Shown: piece by piece, positions 58,297 to 64,000 of the stretch
Position numbering within the stretch: the first letter of the stretch is position 1
How the letters are laid out: every line of letters begins with the position of its first letter
Source: a virus
DNA: 64,000 nucleotides
Virus record (IMG/VR): IMGVR_UViG_3300025889_000085
Coordinates: 34,370-98,369 of that record
Reading direction: 5' to 3' (one strand)
Notes under the pieces: generated by a model
Databases searched by the model: none
What the model saw: only the letters and a program-made list of their open reading frames with translations
What the model was told of the DNA's origin: nothing
Translations under genes and position numbers: made by a program

Positions 58297-58930
58297 TCTT
58301 TGTCTCACCGGAAAGATTAGCAGCCTCTGCCATTAAACGCTCAGACTCTGCAAGTAATTGTTTTGCTTCTGCGGCCATCTTCATTGCCTGTGCTCTACGT
58401 TGCGTAGCAATTTGATCATCGCTTAAGAAGTCTGTGGCATTTGCGGTTCCTTGTACTTGTGCAGGTTGAGCACTTCCAGGAGGAGCACGTAGTTCGCCCA
58501 CGTCCTGGCCTTCATTGGTTCTCCTTCGAGTTACCATTCCTGCATTGGCATCTAAGTCAGCCATTTCTTTAATGGCTTCTTCGCCAAGAGCCATTTTGTC
58601 AAGGATAGCATTTAGTTCATCTAGTCTAACATTTGATGTTGCAGTTGGAGTAACAATAACTTGATTGGTAGGAACTTTTTTGATCATTGCTTCGGAGTGC
58701 AATGTTTGTAATGCATTGTTGCCGTCTCGCAAAGTATACCTAAATAAGTAATCACTGAACTCTTTTGCTTGTTGTCCTGAATCAGATTCCAGTGCTTGCA
58801 TGATGTCATCATGAATATGTACAGGTAATGCATCTGGATATGTGACTAGACACATATGATCCTCTTCTGGTACTTTTCTATATAGAATAACAACTTTGCG
58901 GCTGTTATGTTTACCGACGTGCTTAATCAT
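58259..58930 (-). CDS. Hypothetical phage protein
   Basis: 223 aa, AAGGA ribosome-binding site, basic C-terminal tail. Confidence 0.7.
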   Translation of the reverse strand: MIKHVGKHNSRKVVILYRKVPEEDHMCLVTYPDALPVHIHDDIMQALESDSGQQAKEFSDYLFRYTLRDGNNALQTLHSEAMIKKVPTNQVIVTPTATSNVRLDELNAILDKMALGEEAIKEMADLDANAGMVTRRRTNEGQDVGELRAPPGSAQPAQVQGTANATDFLSDDQIATQRRAQAMKMAAEAKQLLAESERLMAEAANLSGETKNAPRKKAKAKTA

Positions 58931-58941
58931 AAAAATATCCT

Positions 58942-59160
58942 TTATTGATTTTCTTCGGGAGCGGGTTGCTCTGGCTGTTGAGGAGTTACTACTCCACTAG
59001 CCACTAAAAAATTGTATAAGTTTGTGTATGCTTGACCAATAGCAGTAAATTCTTCTACTCTGTAAGCACCACGATTAGATGCTAGTTGAATTGCTTCTAG
59101 TGCAACAACTAGGTCTTGAACTTGTAAAGGGGTTGTTTGTTTTTGGTCTTCTTCTGCCAC
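58942..59160 (-). CDS. Small hypothetical protein, probably late-expressed
   Basis: GTG start, GGAG ribosome-binding site, upstream TAAATA within a hairpin. Confidence 0.65.
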   Translation of the reverse strand: MAEEDQKQTTPLQVQDLVVALEAIQLASNRGAYRVEEFTAIGQAYTNLYNFLVASGVVTPQQPEQPAPEENQ

Positions 59161-59165
59161 AAAAA

Positions 59166-59209
59166 TCTCCGTGTTTGTAAAGATATTTAACCCTTACAGA
59201 CAACGGAGA
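59166..59209 (-). promoter_or_regulatory. RBS-sequestering hairpin with a late promoter in its loop
   Basis: Minus strand TCTCCGTTGTCTGTAA-gggtTAAATAtct-TTACAAACACGGAGA-TTTTT-GTG. Confidence 0.65.
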
Positions 59210-59216
59210 AATTTTT

Positions 59217-59498
59217 TTAAAACTGGTTTTTGTTAAAAGTATCTAGCATTAGTGTAAAATAACTGGCTTCACTGTGACGTTCAAAGGCCGCACACTTGCG
59301 ACTAACCAAAGATCCTGAATCAGTAGTAATGTGCTCACCTAAATAGAAACGACCTTCTAAATTTTCATATATCCAGTTTAGAATGTCTCTATCGTAAGTA
59401 CGAGATTCGAAAAATACTTTTTCAAAATGCGGAGGGCATTCGTCCCACTTACGTAAGTTATGAACATTAAGTGGATTGACTTCACCGTGTTTAAGCAT
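59217..59498 (-). CDS. Hypothetical phage protein
   Basis: 93 aa, overlaps the upstream gene; NPLN, PPHF, WIYENLEGRFY. Confidence 0.65.
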   Translation of the reverse strand: MLKHGEVNPLNVHNLRKWDECPPHFEKVFFESRTYDRDILNWIYENLEGRFYLGEHITTDSGSLVSRKCAAFERHSEASYFTLMLDTFNKNQF

Positions 59499-59790
59499 CG
59501 TCTAACTCATCTGTGGGAGGCAAACCATTGCTGTGAAAGTCACGTGTCTGATCCACATCTTGAAATAATCTTTGTTCTTGTGCTGTCAGTTCGCCAAATT
59601 TTCTTGGATTAGCACATAGGGTGCATTTGGGATCACCGCAGTTCAGTGCATGGTGCTTGGCAAAGCGATGTCCCTCATATTGGTGATCAGGCATTCCGTG
59701 CGACTTAGCAATTTTTTGTTGTTTGTGAATTGCGTTTTCTTCTTTTTGTAAACGTTTACTATGCTTTAGTTTATCTTCTGATTTGCTCAT
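59491..59790 (-). CDS. Small basic protein with possible Zn-binding motif
   Basis: HHALNCGDPKCTLCANPRK. Confidence 0.65.
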   Translation of the reverse strand: MSKSEDKLKHSKRLQKEENAIHKQQKIAKSHGMPDHQYEGHRFAKHHALNCGDPKCTLCANPRKFGELTAQEQRLFQDVDQTRDFHSNGLPPTDELDDA

Positions 59791-59798
59791 ATTGATAT

Positions 59799-60029
59799 TT
59801 AAAGATTTTTATTCAAGTCACTTTTCTTCACACGATTTACTTCTAATGTTACACACATGGTGTTAAACTGTTGTCCTGGTTTAAGCCTGGGCCATAGTGT
59901 GTCACGAAGTTTTTTCTGGCACTGTTGTTCACTTTCATAATAACCTTCGTACTGTACCATTTCACAACTGGAGACCTGATTACTAGCACAGGCCATTATG
60001 ACCGGAATAAAAAACGTTACTAGTTCCAT
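59799..60029 (-). CDS. Small hypothetical protein with hydrophobic N-terminus and four Cys
   Basis: TAATG coupling to the vWA gene. Confidence 0.55.
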   Translation of the reverse strand: MELVTFFIPVIMACASNQVSSCEMVQYEGYYESEQQCQKKLRDTLWPRLKPGQQFNTMCVTLEVNRVKKSDLNKNL

Positions 60030-61324
60030 TATGCACCTGCCAGTTCTTTTGCCTTTTCATAGTGAGCCCAAACACCAAAGGGCGGCTCGCACTCAGTGTT
60101 GCCTTTGATAATGAATACAGTATCACAGTAGTCGGGGTCACCCCACGAACCATATGGATAACCATCAGTAAACATGATAAACTTCTTAGGTTGAATATCA
60201 TTTTCTTTCATGTAAGTCCAGTTACAGTCGTAGTCAGTACCACCACCGCCTTGGGGTTCATATTCCAAGATGCTGTCGAGATTGTCACTGCTAAACTCTT
60301 GATGATTGTACACTTCTGTATCAAATGACCAGATATGAATTTTGTATTCATCATAGGCTTCCATAATGCCTTTGACTTCGCCCAGGAAAGCCTTGATGTC
60401 TTCGTCACCAATACTGCCCGACATGTCCAATGCGATGTGCGCTTCAATTTGGTCACCAGGAATCATACCGGGCATAACTGCATCCATTGCCCAACCACGT
60501 CGGCTGGGACGCATCCAACTAAAGTCATCTTTGACAATACTTTGGATCTGTTGCTGAAGCAGTTCACGCCAGTCAACCACAGGTTGCGTCAAGTCCTTAA
60601 TAAGACGCTTAACACCTGAGGGCAAGTTACCTGCACCTGTAGCCTGAGCAGCCTGTAGTACTGCTTCGCGAACTTCGTCACGAATTTGACGGCGTTCCTC
60701 ATCTGACATTTTAGGACGACCTTTGCCGTTGCCTTCTTTGTCTCCGTCCTTGTCATCGTCCTGATCACCCGAACCTTCCTGCTCGTCGAGGTGCTCGTCA
60801 ATCATTTTGTCAATGAGATCGCTGATGTCAATCTTCTCAGCCTTCTCATACAAATCGTCGTAGACTTCTTCAGCACTCCAACCTTGATACTTTGTATCAT
60901 GCAGGCAAGGAGTAATCTTGTCGCCAATCCGTTGTTCAACCAAGTCTGCGTTTACGCAAAAGTCTGCGGCGCAATTAAAAAGCATAGGGTCACGATCCGG
61001 ACCGCAACGACCCATATGGTCGTAGACATTATGTAACACTTCATGCCCAAACAAGAATTCAAGTTCTTTGGGTTTGAGTTTGTTTACGAATTCGGTATTG
61101 TAGTAAAATTTCCTGCCATTGGTTGCGGCAGTGCCACACCATGAATCAGCATTAACCAATTCCAGTCGAGTAGCCAAGTTACCAAAAAACGGAGCACGAA
61201 GCAACAAGCCAATTCGAGCAGTAGTCAACTTTTCACGCACCGCACGATCCAATGCGGGATCTGTCGTTTCGGTTAGCCTGCCGCTGATGCCGGACTTGGG
61301 ATTGGTTGTAGTATCTTTTGACAT
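60029..61324 (-). CDS. HExxH metallopeptidase-like plus vWA-domain protein (DUF2201-like)
   Basis: TAATNG, HEVLH, acidic linker, DMSGSI (MIDAS), GGGTD, FTDGY. Confidence 0.85.
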   Translation of the reverse strand: MSKDTTTNPKSGISGRLTETTDPALDRAVREKLTTARIGLLLRAPFFGNLATRLELVNADSWCGTAATNGRKFYYNTEFVNKLKPKELEFLFGHEVLHNVYDHMGRCGPDRDPMLFNCAADFCVNADLVEQRIGDKITPCLHDTKYQGWSAEEVYDDLYEKAEKIDISDLIDKMIDEHLDEQEGSGDQDDDKDGDKEGNGKGRPKMSDEERRQIRDEVREAVLQAAQATGAGNLPSGVKRLIKDLTQPVVDWRELLQQQIQSIVKDDFSWMRPSRRGWAMDAVMPGMIPGDQIEAHIALDMSGSIGDEDIKAFLGEVKGIMEAYDEYKIHIWSFDTEVYNHQEFSSDNLDSILEYEPQGGGGTDYDCNWTYMKENDIQPKKFIMFTDGYPYGSWGDPDYCDTVFIIKGNTECEPPFGVWAHYEKAKELAGA

Positions 61325-61345
61325 TTCTGCTCCTTGTTATAGTGT

Positions 61346-61392
61346 ATTATACAATCTTTCTGAATTATTGTCTATTAATACTAAAGTATTAA
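61346..61392 (-). promoter_or_regulatory. Early sigma70-type promoter with a palindrome abutting -35
   Basis: TAGACA-17-TATAAT, AAGGAG; TTAATACT-aa-AGTATTAA at 61375-61392. Confidence 0.7.
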
Positions 61393-61444
61393 AAGGGGAG
61401 GACTTACATGGTAAAGAAAGGAGTAAGACCAATGCCTCCATAAA

Positions 61445-62551
61445 CTATCGATTGCCGGCGCTTGCGGCTACAATGTACTTACCAAACCGCTTGTGGAACT
61501 CATCGAAATTCTTGAGTTTGCCAGGAACAAACGGCAGGTTGTAAGTGGTAAGAGCAGTACGAGCACCCATAACAGTCAACTCCGTTGTGAAATTGTCCAT
61601 CATATAACGGAAGAAGTTATCTGCCATCTCATGCCATTCTGCATTAGGCTTGCCACCAATCTTGTCTGCGGCATCCTTAAGTTCGTAGCACATACTGACT
61701 ACCAAACTGTACATGGCGCTGACTTCTTTTACTTTGAGTTCTTTGACCTTACCAGCCAATACATCTTCAGGCTTGGGTAACTGTCCAGCAATCTTGCGGT
61801 GAGCCATAAACTTAACAGCCACACCCTCACCAACTGCACCTGTTACCAAGTCAGTGAGATCTGCTTCACCAACGTCCTCGTCTTCAAGGATTTCGCTAAC
61901 AAAGGTCCACGAGCGAGGTGTAGCAAAACTACGACTGCTACTACGCGGATCAAAGTCGTAAAGGTCCTGCTTGGCAAAGCCAATGTAACCGACCACGTCT
62001 TTGTGGATGCGGTTAATGGTAGCCCACGTCTCCCATGCTTGGTGATCTACTCGCATCTCCAAGTGCAGGAAGCGGTTAGCCAACGGAGCAGGCATACGAT
62101 AAGTAACACCCTTGTCCGATTCACGGTTACCAGCCGCAATCACTACCACATTGTCAGGCAGTTTATACTTGCCAATGCGGCGGTTAAGAATCAACTGATA
62201 AGCCGCAGCCTGAATGCTGGGAGCCGCTGAGTTCATCTCGTCCAAGAACAAAACAACCACAGGATACTGACTGGCCAACTCTTCGTCGGGCAAGTCGATG
62301 GGCGGTGCCCAATCCATCAAACCACTGTCTTTATTGTAGTAAGGGATACCACGCAGGTCGGTGGGCTCCATTTGCGCCAAACGCAGGTCAATCATCAGAC
62401 CATTTTGCTCTTCGGCGATACTGGCAACCACTTCACTTTTGCCAATTCCTGGAGGACCCCATAGGAATACAGGGCGCTTCTTCTGGAAGCACTTAGAGAT
62501 GAGCCGTGACGCCTGCTGGGTCGTTACGGTACGGTGTTCACTTACGGTCAT
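61445..62551 (-). CDS. MoxR-like AAA+ ATPase
   Basis: GPPGIGKS (Walker A), LFLDE (Walker B), AAGN, LANRF, TPRSW; adjacent to the vWA partner. Confidence 0.88.
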   Translation of the reverse strand: MTVSEHRTVTTQQASRLISKCFQKKRPVFLWGPPGIGKSEVVASIAEEQNGLMIDLRLAQMEPTDLRGIPYYNKDSGLMDWAPPIDLPDEELASQYPVVVLFLDEMNSAAPSIQAAAYQLILNRRIGKYKLPDNVVVIAAGNRESDKGVTYRMPAPLANRFLHLEMRVDHQAWETWATINRIHKDVVGYIGFAKQDLYDFDPRSSSRSFATPRSWTFVSEILEDEDVGEADLTDLVTGAVGEGVAVKFMAHRKIAGQLPKPEDVLAGKVKELKVKEVSAMYSLVVSMCYELKDAADKIGGKPNAEWHEMADNFFRYMMDNFTTELTVMGARTALTTYNLPFVPGKLKNFDEFHKRFGKYIVAASAGNR

Positions 62552-62576
62552 AAAATACTCCTTTCAACATATCTAT

Positions 62577-62605
62577 ATTATATGACTTTTCGGAATTATT
62601 GTCTG
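62577..62605 (-). promoter_or_regulatory. Early sigma70-type promoter
   Basis: CAGACA-17-TATAAT, AAGGAG; spacer closely resembles that of the 61346 promoter. Confidence 0.65.
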
Positions 62606-62621
62606 TAGTTTTTTTACAACA

Positions 62622-62990
62622 CTACCAAGAACTATTGTAAAAAACCTTCAAACCCAGGAAGATTTCTGCCCGGGCATTTCGGACGAACTCTAATACTGAT
62701 TGCTTATAGTAATCGTCACTGTCCTCGCCAAAAAAGAAGCCTTTAGTTTGCGGTAGTTGGTCATGGATCACTGCTCGTTCAAGTTCAGCGAGATCCTCCC
62801 AGGTAAGTTCCAACTCAACGCCGTTGAACATATTATTGCCTTCTGGATTATAGTCAGGATTTCGTTTGATCCAGAGTTGTTCCATCCAACCCTGAAGGTT
62901 GGGGTGTTTACGCCAGTAGGCAATTTCACGACTGTCACCATAACTGCCTTTTTTCTTAGCACGGCAGTAAGCATATTGATCCAACCCCAT
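62622..62990 (-). CDS. Hypothetical phage protein (start MGLDQY)
   Basis: MGLDQY...YWRKH...GFFFG...YNSSW; TAATG coupling, GGAGG ribosome-binding site. Confidence 0.7.
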   Translation of the reverse strand: MGLDQYAYCRAKKKGSYGDSREIAYWRKHPNLQGWMEQLWIKRNPDYNPEGNNMFNGVELELTWEDLAELERAVIHDQLPQTKGFFFGEDSDDYYKQSVLEFVRNARAEIFLGLKVFYNSSW

Positions 62991-63268
62991 TATACAGCCT
63001 CCAACATATTGGCAGGAACACGCCATAGGCCATAGCCTGGACTACGAACAGTGACATACTTACGAGCAATCTTGGTGACATCACCAACATAAGTCTGACC
63101 ATTGCGGCCGCTAGTGAACTTAACCTTGGTGCCTATAACCAGGCTTCCACGATTCTCTTTTACCAACTGATTACGAGCAAATTTAATAGCCATCGAAATA
63201 CTGTTCAACTGCTCGTTGGTAAAGTTACCAGCAATGATAGAGTGATTGATGTCGTTAATTGAAACCAT
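62990..63268 (-). CDS. Small early protein (SH3/KOW-like C-terminus)
   Basis: AAGGAG; GTKVKF...GDVTKIARKYVTV...WRVPANML. Confidence 0.7.
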   Translation of the reverse strand: MVSINDINHSIIAGNFTNEQLNSISMAIKFARNQLVKENRGSLVIGTKVKFTSGRNGQTYVGDVTKIARKYVTVRSPGYGLWRVPANMLEAV

Positions 63269-63279
63269 TTTAGTTCTCC

Positions 63280-63549
63280 TTAAACCAAGTCAACTTGAAC
63301 AGGCGTAATGCTACCATCCACGCCGTTATAATTAAAGCCAAAACCAACAGGCATTTCTTTGTCGCCCCGACGTTTTGCATGACGACGTTCTTGTGCCAAA
63401 TTCATAAGAGCCATCTGGGTTGCTGTCGCATGCATGTCAGTGCAGATATCGGCAGTGCCAGCTACCGTGGTGTAAAAACCAACACCATCGACAATAACAC
63501 GAATACGTTGGCTGTTTTTGAAGCCGCCGATAAAAGTAGGTGTACGCAT
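63280..63549 (-). CDS. Small early hypothetical protein
   Basis: AAGGAG and its own promoter. Confidence 0.7.
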   Translation of the reverse strand: MRTPTFIGGFKNSQRIRVIVDGVGFYTTVAGTADICTDMHATATQMALMNLAQERRHAKRRGDKEMPVGFGFNYNGVDGSITPVQVDLV

Positions 63550-63579
63550 TTCAAACTCCTTTTCTTACACTATGCCTAT

Positions 63580-63639
63580 ATTATAGCAAAATGACGAATT
63601 TCGAGCAAGTACTACTTTAGTAGTAATACTTTAGTACTA
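63580..63639 (-). promoter_or_regulatory. Early promoter with two tandem palindromic sites
   Basis: TTGCTC-17-TATAAT with extended TG; TACTACT-tt-AGTAGTA (63610-63625) and TAATACT-tt-AGTACTA (63624-63639). Confidence 0.7.
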
Positions 63640-63876
63640 CCATTCTTTCTTGCCGCCCAAGTCTTCGTTCCAGTCATAGCCCGCATTGTATTCGGCTATC
63701 TGATCCTTGGTCATAAAACGCTCTTCGATCTCGTCACTTTGATAAGTGGCATCTGTGAAAAAGTGTGGGCGACGTGGACGGCTGTACCAACTATCGGCGC
63801 TACCACGGTCGAATGGGCCACCGTGACGACCATCGTAAAATTTACCCCGATACTCTCGAATTTCTGTGCTTTGCAT
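63637..63876 (-). CDS. Small early hypothetical protein
   Basis: AAGGAG; RHGGPFDRGSADSWY, EYNAGY. Confidence 0.7.
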   Translation of the reverse strand: MQSTEIREYRGKFYDGRHGGPFDRGSADSWYSRPRRPHFFTDATYQSDEIEERFMTKDQIAEYNAGYDWNEDLGGKKEW

Positions 63877-63906
63877 TTATTACTCCTTTTCTTAACTGAT
63901 GCCATA

Positions 63907-63952
63907 ATTGTAGCAAAAAACGGAATATTCTGCAAGTACTACTAAAGTATTA
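63907..63952 (-). promoter_or_regulatory. Early promoter with a palindromic site
   Basis: TTGCAG-17-TACAAT with extended TG; TACTACT-aa-AGTATTA at 63937-63952. Confidence 0.7.
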
Positions 63953-64000
63953 TTTTTTTAGGATGTTATTGATTCTTTTGCGATAGGGTACATTCCTGCG

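Noticed and set aside
61391-61440. Terminator or structured RNA between the AAA and vWA genes (GGAGG/CCTCC and CTTAC/GTAAG arms)
   Set aside because: The stem is interrupted with a long loop; it cannot be supported without folding calculations.
257-63945. Many short antisense or alternate-frame ORFs in the track (e.g. 257..478, 4199..4501, 23485..23934, 51384..51830, 61119..61544)
   Set aside because: They overlap well-supported genes and show no motifs or ribosome-binding sites; treated as shadow ORFs.
63555-63952. CRISPR-like repeat array
   Set aside because: The repeats are degenerate promoter/RBS cassettes separated by a whole gene, not constant repeats with 30-40 bp spacers.
1-64000. 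Alternative genetic code (TAG or TGA recoding) as in some jumbo phages
   Set aside because: Long genes are intact in the standard code, and TAG (e.g. gp47) and TGA (e.g. thyA) both end genes at expected positions.

Overview
This is a gene-dense 64-kb segment of a large T4-like (jumbo-type) myovirus genome in the standard genetic code. I saw no tRNA, rRNA, CRISPR array or transposase. Left to right: (i) the minus-strand gp55-like late sigma / gp47 / gp46 block, interrupted by two AT-rich genes that may be glycan-related; (ii) a plus-strand late baseplate and tail-fibre operon (4.5-33.1 kb) with TAAATA late promoters, including a 4473-aa baseplate/adhesin protein; (iii) a ~21-kb plus-strand island (33.2-54.3 kb) behind a perfect sigma70 promoter, with seven radical SAM enzymes (six with an N-terminal Twitch/SPASM-like Fe-S domain, one B12-binding type), about five glycosyltransferase-like genes, three SGNH-like proteins, an O-carbamoyltransferase, an unannotated 33-aa SxtK-like peptide and dCMP deaminase; (iv) a converging minus-strand block with folA, thyA, an NDP-sugar epimerase and a DegT aminotransferase; (v) early genes (MoxR-like AAA ATPase, HExxH/vWA protein, small ORFs) behind repeated promoters with palindromic sites. 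The best candidate for a new system is the radical-SAM/glycosyltransferase island, which I infer builds a heavily tailored amino-sugar glycan, possibly on [G/A/S]-Asn motifs of the neighbouring virion proteins. Other notable signals are a probable AUU start for the late sigma factor, hairpins with promoters in their loops, leaderless genes, and insertion scars at start codons. All calls are by eye from motifs; no database searches were run.
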